A DNA stretch of 64,000 nucleotides from Pseudogymnoascus verrucosus (taxonomy: Eukaryota), in NCBI GenBank assembly GCA_001662655.1, contig KV460216.1, one strand, 5' to 3'. Below are positions 11,117-21,470 of this stretch, one piece after another. Below the pieces are notes generated by a model. It was given only the letters and a program-made list of their open reading frames with translations. It was not told the origin of the DNA and ran no database searches. A program made the position numbers and the translations under genes. Positions within the stretch are counted from its first letter, which is position 1; each line of letters opens with the position of its first letter.

Positions 11117-14100
11117 CTTCTAAAGTGTAGCTATTATAGGATAGGTTACTAAGTTAGAATAGTTTTAGTATATATAGAATAAGCTAACCCCTTAATTCTA
11201 TAGCTACGTAGCAGTTATTAAAAGTTAATAGAAGGGAGACTACTATACTATAGTCTAAGAACTCACTGCCTTTAATTAGGAGCAGCGCTAGAACAACAAG
11301 TTAAGCTTCATATTTAAGAGCAGCAAGTTAAGCTCCTAAGGACCTACCTACCTAAGCTTATCTAGGTTCACGCCTATAGACCCTAGAAAGGCCTAGCTAC
11401 TAAGGTAGACAAGACGCCCTCTAGTTTCCTTCTAGAGGACTCCCTTTACACCTATAGCCCTTAAGCTAGACATTATAGGCTATATGTAGACTACTGTGCT
11501 AGCTATGTCTAGGAACTGTTTTAAGTGCAGCAAGCTAGGCTATTTCTAAGACAAATGCCTACTTAACCCTACTATTAAGGAGATTAATTACAAAGCCCCT
11601 AAGGACAAAGAGTAGTAAGAGGAAGTAGTTGCCTATTAATTAGATGCATCCCTTAAGGAAAACAATAAGGCCTAGGGAAAGGCTCCTTCCTAGGTCTATG
11701 CAAATGTAATCTATAAGGACTAGATTTACAAGAACTCTTAGGAGGCTCCTAATTTCTCGTTGATACAACCCTAAGTATAAACGGACTTAGGGTGTAAACG
11801 AAGTCACTTATAGACATAGGAGCAAATGGCTACCTTGTTATTAATAAGCCTTTTATGCAATAGTTGTTAAAAGCGCTTTAGAGCCCTATATAGAAACTGC
11901 CCTACTCTATACCTATACGTAGATTTTAGCGAAATATCTAAAGCTATGTATTAGAGTATATTTAGTTGCACTTAATAGTTAAAGGACGCTAAATATATAA
12001 CTGCCCCTTTATGCTCCTAGATCTTAGAGCGTAAGATGTAATAATTAGGAAGAAGCTTTTTAGCTGCTTCTAAATCCTACTTAACTCTATAAAGAGCTAG
12101 CTAGTATAGCTAAAGGAGTACCTGCCTACTCCTAGCTAGAGTAAAGAGATTACCTTACCCTACTACTTATATAAACTGTCTATACATTACCCTGCCTATT
12201 AATTAGATACGAACTAGTAGGACAATGCTATTAACTATAATAACAGACGATGTAAGGGCAGACGCTTAATACTAATAAAAGTAATAACGGCCTATTATAA
12301 CAGCCTATTATAACGCTATTATAATTACCCTACTAAGCTTAGTGTAAGATAAGGGAACAACCTACCTATACCCTAAAACTACAACGCTATAGGCCTTGCC
12401 TATAGCAACCTATAGAGACAAACCCTCTGTATAAGCTAAGGCAAATCCTCTAAGAAACGGACTATCTATATATAAAAGAAAGAATTATAGGAGGAGTAGA
12501 GTTGTCTCTCCCTCCTAACGCTAGACCCTATTACGTAGCTTTACACTAGTCTAAATTTACAAGATTAGCACAAACGCTTTCTACTATAAGATAATGTAAA
12601 GCGACTCTAAGTTCTTTACAATAAGCATCTATAAGATTAACTAGATCATCTAGGAGAGGGAAGTAGCTAAGGACGAAGAAACGCTCTGCCTTATTTAGGA
12701 TAAGCTTCTATATATGCACTACAACTATTCTAATGTCTTTTTGAAGTTAGAATCTAATTAGCTTCCCCTACATTATATATATAATCACTAGATATAGCTA
12801 GAAGCCCCTTTACTAAACACCTTCTTGCTACTATACTAACAAAGCACTAAAGAGCTTAAGGTAACTAAGCAATACCTATTAGAGAACCTTAAGAAGGGCT
12901 TTATAGTTAATAGCAATAGCCTATTTGCCTCCCCTATACTATTTGTAAAGAAGGTAGATAGCAAACTAAGATTTTATATTAACTACTAGAAGCTAAACAG
13001 TTTAACCTATAATGACCCCTACCCTATCCTATATATTAACGAACTACTAGGACAAGTAGCAAAAGCAAAAATCTTTATAAAGCTAGACATTAGACAAGCC
13101 TTCCATTATATATAAATAGACCCTAACTCTAAAGAGTACACGACCTTTTAGACTTAATATAGATCCTATAAATATAAAGTGCTACCGTTTAGCCTAATAA
13201 ACGGCCCTATAACCTATTAGAGGTATATGAATGACATTCTTATATAATACTTAGACAACTTCTATACTACCTACCTAGACAACATCCTAATCTACTCTAA
13301 GGACCCTATAGAATATATAGACTATATATATAAGGTCCTCTAACAGCTTTAAGAAGTAGGACTATAAGCTAACATTAAGAAATGTAAGTTTAACGTAACC
13401 TAAACAAAGTATTTAAGCTATATCCTAACTACTACTAGTGTTAAAGCGGACCCTAAGAAGATTGAACCCCTCTAGAATTAGATCTAACTAACAATGGTTA
13501 TAGGCGTAAAGTCTTACCTTAGATTCTACAGCTTCTATCGCTAATTTATTAGAAATTTTAGGAAAATAGCTAAGCCTCTCACTACTATCACTAGCCCCTT
13601 AGAACCGTTCCTATAGACTAATGAATGTAAGAACGCTTTTAAAGAAATGTACTAACAGCTTTTAGCTATGTAGGCACTCTACTACTTTAACCCTAAATTG
13701 CCTATAAAGCTAGAAACAGACTCTTCTAATAGAGTTGTAGCTAGTGTCCTTTCTTAGGAACACCCTAATAAGTGATAGTATCTTATAAGCTTCTATAGTT
13801 ACATCCTATTTAGGCATAAGATTAATTAGGAGATCTATAACAAGGAACTGTTCGCTATTGTTAAAGCGTTTGTAAAATAGAGGCTAGAATTAGCATTAGT
13901 ACACTACTAAATCAACGTCTATATAGATCACTAATTGCTAGAATACTTTATATTAACAAAGGTTCTTATAGCAAAGTAGGTTTAGTAGATAGAGCTACTC
14001 TCTAACTTTAATTTCTCTATTACATATACTGCTAGCAAGAACAATTAGAAGGTAGATATACTAAGCTGAAGAGAGCAAGACCTAATTACGTAATAGAAGG

Positions 14101-15951
14101 TTAAACTCAACAGCTATATAAGGGTACTGTTAGGCCTAGCCTAACTATACCCCTAAATTAGTACTAAATTAGCACAAACGTACGTAGCCTTAATTAATGT
14201 AATAGACGCCCTAAACACCTAGGTCCCCTTTAACCTAATAGAAGCGCTCTATGTAGATAATAGGAGGTCGTTTACTAACACTTACGTAAAAGACCCCCTA
14301 CCTAATAGGTTTACAATAAAGGACTAACTCTTATTATATAAAGGTTAACTGTATATAAACCAGCATACTAAGTTATATATAAAACTTATATAGGAAGCAC
14401 ACGATTAAGTATTAGTAGCCTACCCTAGTAGTAGGAAAACTTATTAGTTACTTGCCCTAAAGTATTATTAGGTTAGAATGGAAGCAGATTGCCTCTAATA
14501 TCTACGTAACTACGTAATGTACTAACTTTCTTACACTAACGTAATAAAGTAGCAAGGCTTCTTATACCCCCTACTAGTACCTAAATACCCTATGTAACAC
14601 CTAACGATGGACTTTAAGGAATTCCTAAAGGATAAACACAGATTTAACAGCATCCTTATGTTTATAGACTAACTTAGTAAGGCTTTAGTGTCTATACTAT
14701 GTTATAAGACTACTAATGCCTACTAAATGGCGCAGCTATTCATTAAATGGATATATTGATTTAGATACACCCTAGAGTTAATCATTAGTAATTATAGACC
14801 CTAATTCATATTAGCTTTCTAGTAAGAGTTCTACTAAATCATAGGGGTTAAGATTAAGCTGTCGACAGCCTATTATAAGTAGACTAATAGGTAGACAGAA
14901 ATTATAAATTAGTATATTAATTAGAGACTAAGGCCCTTTGTATCACATTACTAGGATAACTAGAGCAAGCTTATTCCTATTATAGATTAGGTACAAATGA
15001 CCCTTCCCTATACCTCGATTAGAATAACCCCCTACTAACTTAAGTATAGAACTAATCTACACACTAGTTAGGACTAGGAAACCCTAAAAGCCATAACCCC
15101 TAAGGAAGTTATAAACTAGAAGGAAGCTAAAGTAGTAGTAAACTACATACACTCTATATAGATTTATGCAAAGGAGAACATAGCTAAAGCATAAGAGGAT
15201 ATGTCTAAATACACGAATCAACGCTAACAAGCTATTAACTAGGACGTAGGAGACAAGGTTTACCTATTAACTAAGAATCTAAAAAATCACTGCCCTAGCT
15301 ATAAGCTAGGGCAACAATAGGTTAGACCCTATATAGTACTAGAACAAATTAGACACACCTTCTAACTAGACCTACTAAAGGGTTCCTAAATACACAATGT
15401 CTTCTCTCTAGACGTACTTATTAAGGGTCTAAATAACCTGCTGCCTAGTTAAGCAGCACCTAAGCTAAGTAGCAAAGTTATAGACAGCTTAGAGGAGTAG
15501 GAGGTTGAAAAGATCCTTACTATAAGGATCTAGCGAAAACAACTTTAATACTAGGTATCCTAGGTTAAATATAATCTAGACCTAGAATAGTACCCTACCT
15601 TAAACTTTAAGAACTCCCCCTATAAAATCTAGGAGTTCTATATAGAGTACCTAAACCTACTAGGACTACTATAGGACCTACCTAGCTAGATTACAGAATA
15701 GGAGATAGGTAAAACAAGCTACAATTATAAGAGGTATAGTAAAGTAGAGGAAAACAGCGTCGTTGCTACCTACAACACTAAACTAAACACCCTCTAAGCT
15801 AGGGCACCCTTAGAGCTGTAGCCCTTATAGAAGCTACCCTTCCTAAACGCCTTACTAGCGTTATAACAAGTAGCTACTACTATAAGAGACAAAGGGTTAA
15901 AGTAACCCTACGTAAAAGACTACGCCTAAGTTCCCTCTAACATAGGGCCTA

Positions 15952-16706
15952 TTACCTAAGGTTGACAGTTACCCCCTCCTCCTCTACCTCTACTACCTCC
16001 TCTACCCCCCTCTTCCTCTTCTTCCCCCTACTACTGCCTACCTTCGCTACTGTAGTAAGGGCGTTAGGGATCCTCTCTACTAACTCCCCTACTGCATCTA
16101 CTATAGAAGCTACCCTATTAAGGGCAGCGATCTCCTTCTCCTAGTTTACTAGGATTAGGGCTAATTTCTAGCCTATAACAGCCATAGCCTAGCAGACCTG
16201 CTACAGTTGTTAGCGTAGGAACTAAAAACATAAGGGAAATAGAAAACTTACCTCTAGACTGTCCTTAACAGTAGCGTAGAGGGCGCAACTCTCTATATAG
16301 GCTGAAAGCTTAGCTAGGGAGCAGAACTTTAGCATATTAGTAGTAGCTAATGTAACTACACACCTAATCTCTGCTACAGCAGCCTTAATGGTAGCGGGGA
16401 CAGGAGGGTTTACTACCTTAGCAGCTAGGAGCTTCTAGTACTCTAAGCTAGCAAACTAGGAGATCTATCTCTAAAGGTTAGCAATAGGCAGCTAAGACAA
16501 ACCATAAAGCTAAAAGCTAAACAAGAACCTACTAGAACACACATTATATGTTAGACTACATAGCGCTTACACTTAGAGCTTTCTAAGCTCTATATACATA
16601 AGACAGCAGGATCTCTGTCCTTCTTACGCCCTTTAGCGCGTACGTAGCATATACACTACTAGTAGAAAGCTATAGTAAGGGCGCTAGGAGGAGGGGGAAC
16701 TAGCAT
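15952..16706 (-). pseudogene. Three-exon antisense gene of B2: Zn-cluster-like, helical region, KKRKR, acidic tail (~211 aa before RIP)
   Basis: Exons 16706-16533, 16464-16252 and 16200-15952 (174, 213 and 249 nt, all multiples of 3). Introns are GTAGGT..GCTAAC..TAG (68 nt) and GTAAGT..GCTAAC..TAG (51 nt). The only stops are TAA/TAG. Confidence 0.8.
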
Positions 16707-17274
16707 CTTTAAATTAGAAATCTACAATTTCCTATTAGCCTAACCTAAGTTATTACTACTACGCTAGCGCAGTTCCGTTACCTACTAAATTGTTAGTTGT
16801 GTTTTTGTATCTAAAAACAACCTATTAGCATCTAGCTATACTATTAGAAGGGCTACTTACTAGTCTTAGGAGGGGGGGTTAGCGTTGTTGTTATAAAGAA
16901 AACAACAAGTTGTAGGCAAAGCTCGAATTTATATTCTAGCTTATAATAAAGCTGTCTAAATTAGGTTAGCGCTAAATTTCCCCTTTACATTAAAATTCTA
17001 TAACAACACATATACTACACAGACTCTATTTAATACTAATATAGACCCTTGCCTACTAATCGCCGTATACATAATAAAGACGCAACTTTGTATAAACGGA
17101 GTTAGACCACTTCTAGTGCCTATACAGCTGCCTACCATTAGCCTTCTAGACAAATAAAGGGCATTCTAGTCTTAGCGCCTACACCTTACCTACTAACCTA
17201 AATAAGGGCTCGTCGCAGCAGCTACTTAGCTTACGTGCTTTAAGGACAAAGCACCTTCTTAAGGCAGGGGGTAG

Positions 17275-17573
17275 TGTAAAGATGCCTCCTTACTTAGGGT
17301 AGTTACAGCCGTTACGTAGCGCCATTAAGACTTAGGGCTGTTATAGGTTAGTTGCAACTAACAGCCTTAGGCACATAACGTAAGGAAGCCTTAGGCAAAT
17401 AGGGAGCTAGCTAAGTTAGAGTAGTTTTAGGTATTTTAAGGGAACAGCTATATAGGGTTACACCTTTATCTTTTTTGTATCCTTTATAGTAGACCTATAG
17501 GATTGCACTGACTACTATCTAACTTACACTCCTATATACAACTTCTTATAATACAGTGCCCTATATCCTTATA
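17275..17573 (+). repeat. 3' LTR of B2, 299 bp
   Basis: Direct repeat of 10818-11116 after the PPT; the terminal CA is mutated to TA. Confidence 0.93.
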
Positions 17574-18100
17574 TTATTTCTATGCTTAGTATAAATATAA
17601 GTCTATATATTCCTAGGTTATAATGCTTTCTACTATAATAAACTATATTAAATATAGTTATAAATAGTTTATACTAGTAGTTAATTTAACTTTCTTTTAC
17701 TTAAACCTCTAATGTAGCTGTTAAATAGCTCTTTCTCTAAAAAACCCTAATTAGGAAAGGTAGTAGGTAATGCATTCTACTAGGCCATTTACTAAATTAG
17801 GTAATTAGGATCTAAACTACAACCTTTCATCTACTATATATTCTGCTATAATGCTCTAATTAGGAAAAGGAAACCTATTTACTATTACTAGACTTAATTC
17901 TAACAAGTTTTATACTAAAAGTTTCGTAAGTTTGTTCTAACCTTCACCCCTATTTTAGTATTCCTAACTAAATTCAGCTAGCTTATCTATAGTAGACTAA
18001 ACCACTCTATTTAATTAAGTTACATATAACGTTATAGTTAAGATGATTAGTCTCTCTCTAGGAGTAGATAATAGTAGAGGCTTACATCTGCCGCTAAATA
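17574..18100. other. AT-rich RIP-mutated sequence of unknown origin
   Basis: TpA-rich, fading into normal composition near 18.1 kb; no motif recognised. Confidence 0.5.
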
Positions 18101-18523
18101 GAGTATAATGCTTTGTTGCCTTGTGCTAGCACGATCTCTAGTGTGAGATCAATCATTAGAATGAACGAGCACAGTTACTCTATACCTCGTTAATTAGCGC
18201 TGCTAGCGCACCGCTCCTAGGCCGTGCATGGTTTAGGAAATGGGGACTTGCCGCTGACCATCTCAACCCACCAATCTCTTAGACAGTCTATTATTTTGAA
18301 ATATCCTATTAACTTGTATGTAATTAAAAGCTCTCCCTCTAATATTCCGCATGATATATTTTTAAGCCACTCTACCGAAAGATTCTTTGCTAGGACACTA
18401 TGACTGAGCCTCTGAGCATCACTGCAGGCATTATAGCAGTCGCTAGCCTTGCCTGTTCTAGCAGTAAAGCAGCTGGAGTAGTGCGCCCAGTCTACCGCCA
18501 ATGTCAGAGCACGAGTCACCACG

Positions 18524-18972
18524 CAGTGTTGGCAGTAGTGCAAACTATCAGTTTTACAGGCTAAACCAACCAACTGTTTATGTTATAATGCCTCCACCAA
18601 CTGTCTTGGTTTTCGTAAGATTTAAAACCAACTAACTACTAAAACTGCAGTGCAAACTGCTATAACTGTATAACACTTCTGTAATTAGTTTTCATCTGCA
18701 TATTAGGTACTGCACTAAAATTTGAAAATATATATATAGAAATTAGTACAAATTGTGCTAATAATTAAGTATATGTTTACTATTATACTAATAAATATCA
18801 CGTGTAATACCTCAGTGCAAACTATCAGTTTGAACTGCATAAACTGTTTACTTTAGTCACACTAATAGTTTAAACTGTAGTGCAGGAAGAACTGCAGTTT
18901 TATGCAATTCGCTAAACCAACTGCAAAAACTGCAGTTTGAACTGTTAAACTGACTCACTACTGCCTACACTG
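18524..18972. mobile_element. Non-autonomous hAT-type element (MITE), 449 bp, 8-bp TSD TCACCACG
   Basis: 17-bp TIR CAGTGT(T/A)GGCAGTAGTG. TCACCACG occurs at 18516-18523 and 18973-18980. Many internal AAACTG/CAGTTT motifs. Confidence 0.9.
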
Positions 18973-19162
18973 TCACCACGCGCTTCACTATCCCAGCCTA
19001 GGCCACGATACCAGAGCAATCAAATTTAGAGAAATGCAAGAGCTCACCTGACATATATACACTTTCAGTTCGCTCCTCTCGGATTTAACTTTACGAGAAG
19101 CTGACACGCCATAGACTGGGAAAATTTCCTCAACCTCCTCCATTTGCAACACAAGCGTCCCC

Positions 19163-19348
19163 TATCGCCGCCAACACAAACCTGCCTGTCTGCCTGACAC
19201 GCGCATCGACCTTCTACAAGAGATATATAGCTGGGCTGATGGACAAGATGAACAATGCATCTTCTGGCTGAACAGCCTGGCTAGACCGGGAAAGTCAAAA
19301 GTTTCCCGCACCGTCGCTCGCAGATACAATAAGCAGAAGCGTCTTGGA
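19163..19348 (+). pseudogene. Fragment of a fungal NLR (HET-E-like) NACHT domain
   Basis: Translates YRRQHKPACLPDTRIDLLQEIYSWADGQDEQCIFWLNSLARPGKSKVSRTVARRYNKQKRLG. This resembles the CLxxTRxxLL..W...IFWLNGxAGTGKSTIARTVA consensus with a decayed Walker A. There is no start codon, and a stop follows soon after. Confidence 0.8.
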
Positions 19349-19476
19349 GAAGTCAATAATACAGGGCAATGGTTGTAATACTAGCTGCACCGTTCCTGAA
19401 CTCGCTAATATCACCTTGACTTGTTTCCCATCAGTTCCCATTTAACTACTGCAACCATTCGTAGCCCAGTTGATGT

Positions 19477-20439
19477 TCATGGGTGCATAGGGCTCATCTC
19501 CGAGTCTCCTTCACCCGAGCTGCCAAATGCCGTCTTATATGACCCCTTCGATTTGACAGTCCCCCCAAACCCATCCAACACAGCCCCAGGATGGAACACC
19601 AACAACAACAGCACCGCAACCACAATCAGTACCCCTTCAAATACCAAAAATGTGTTCTCATCCTTCATAAGCTCACCATCGTAGCCACCAGCCATCTCGG
19701 CGACCCTGTAAATAGAACGTATAAGGATCAACATCGTCGCTGAGCCCAACGACCACAGAAATGCAGTCCACTTCTTCGACTGCGCCAACGAGGCATTTTG
19801 GATACTGGTGCTGACCTTGTGTGATGCGTGGGTGCGCCACAGGAACTCGAGGAAGAGAAACGCGAAGATAGCAATCGTTGCAACCTGGAACGACAGACCG
19901 CTGAGCATAATATTAATACCCTGTTGCCGACCCTCTGCATCATCTGCAATGGATGTGAGAGCTCCGCCTGCACCCTGGAGGCCTAGAGAGGTAGCGTCGC
20001 AGGTCAGGAATATAGGTGTATACCATGCTGGTCGCAGCCTGGACATTTTCGGTCCGCAGATAGCTACGATGCTGCCTAAGCAGATGTAGATGGCAGCGCA
20101 AAACAGAACAGGTGCAGTTGTAAGCACTATGATCTGTAGGAGATAGTAGTCCAGCGGAAATGGGTTGCCGTGGGCGAGGATGCGGCCTACGTAGCCTGCA
20201 AGCTCTAGAGAGATGCCGATTAGGATGGATATTGTGTAGGTCCATGTTTTGTAGCGCCAGCCATAGATTATGTGGCCAACAGCAAGGAGGCCGAAGAGGA
20301 CTAGTGGAACTATTGCCATGGCGAGGTCAGGTTTGTACCTGAAGATTGAGCGGGATATTGGGCATATGTCGAAGTTGCAGTCGGAAACGTCTAAGGGTTG
20401 GTTGGGGAACCTGTCGGATTCAGGGAAAGGAGAAGCCAT
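19477..20439 (-). CDS. RTA1/RSB1-family 7-TM lipid-translocating exporter
   Basis: Motifs YKP, LELAGYVGR, APV..CAAIY..L, F.TCD..SL.LQGAGG, GLSFQV and IRSIYRVAEM..G. Confidence 0.93.
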   Translation of the reverse strand: MASPFPESDRFPNQPLDVSDCNFDICPISRSIFRYKPDLAMAIVPLVLFGLLAVGHIIYGWRYKTWTYTISILIGISLELAGYVGRILAHGNPFPLDYYLLQIIVLTTAPVLFCAAIYICLGSIVAICGPKMSRLRPAWYTPIFLTCDATSLGLQGAGGALTSIADDAEGRQQGINIMLSGLSFQVATIAIFAFLFLEFLWRTHASHKVSTSIQNASLAQSKKWTAFLWSLGSATMLILIRSIYRVAEMAGGYDGELMKDENTFLVFEGVLIVVAVLLLLVFHPGAVLDGFGGTVKSKGSYKTAFGSSGEGDSEMSPMHP

Positions 20440-21470
20440 TGTGATGTTTAATCTAGGTTCTGAGGGTTTCCAAAGGTGTATTGAGAAGGACGTTGCTTAT
20501 ATGTACCCGGATATAGCGAGTGAGGGAAATGGGATGCAGATTTCAAAGTTGCCAAAGAGAATGACTTGAGATGAGTATCTGAATTAAAGCTTACCTCCGT
20601 TGTCTTCCTTTCGGGTCCTTATACTTTGATAGCTAAAGCACGTTACTTTACCAAATGGTGCCAATATCTCACTGAAAAAATAATAAAACGCAGCAATTTC
20701 ACTCACAGCCAATGGAAATGAAACAATATTGCCCGTCATTACATTGTAGAGAGAAATGGCCAGTCACGGTGCGTATTGAGCCAATTGCGTCGCAATCCTC
20801 AGCACGGCCCGGGTCAGTGAGGGTGACCCATGGGAACAGTGTTCGGCACAGATCGTATATGACCTGAGCTGATCAGCATGCTGATCAGCATACTGATCCG
20901 GATATATCCTATCCGCCAGGCGTACAACCTATCCTTGCGATTTTGACGCTTTGCAGCAAACTAGTTAGGTAGGAAGTAAGCCTATTGTTAAAATTAGTAG
21001 TTAGGTAGGAGAATTAGTAGTGGGAAATTGATAATAAGGCTGGGACAGGGGGTCGTCAATTACGGCCTTAAAAAAGGTGGGGAACGGCTATCAGAGCACA
21101 GCACGTCGCGAAATTTTCCGTTTTCGGTCAGCTCTAAGAAACTAGTGTCTCAGTCACAATTTTGATGGCCAGACTATATAACGGATCCTACTTAAGTGGA
21201 ATAGCGTATCTGCAGCTTATACGCCTCCTTTGAACTTATCCTATCCTATCTATAGTTGTCGTGTCCAGGCAGTAAACTCCTACTAACTAGATTCGCATAT
21301 TTTTGCGACAAACTTTTGCGCTTCCACTGGTTAGTGCTTATGTTGCTGTTAACATTTTACAAGGTACTCTGGCCCTATAATGCCTCACCACACTGCGTTC
21401 AGTAGTTTTTCCGAGCATATATGTGTGATTTATTTGCCTCGCCGGCGCTTCACTTTTGTCAATCACAGCC

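Larger units (their letters stand above)
11117..17573 (+). mobile_element. Family B copy B2 (starts in mid-gag, ends in 3' LTR), more heavily RIP-mutated
   Basis: Colinear with B1 from ~11450 onward. Knuckle at ~11517, slippery GGAAAAC at 11657-11663, pol to ~15797, PPT at 17261-17274. Confidence 0.93.

Noticed and set aside
15962..16144. 60-aa plus-strand ORF
   Set aside because: Shadow of exon 3 of the antisense gene.
10818..17573. Complete LTR-to-LTR element
   Set aside because: The 5' leader and the first part of gag are missing, and the flanks (PPT on the left, TTATT on the right) give no TSD.
18217..18573. 118-aa minus-strand ORF
   Set aside because: It starts inside the MITE and has no recognisable domain; at best a decayed gene.
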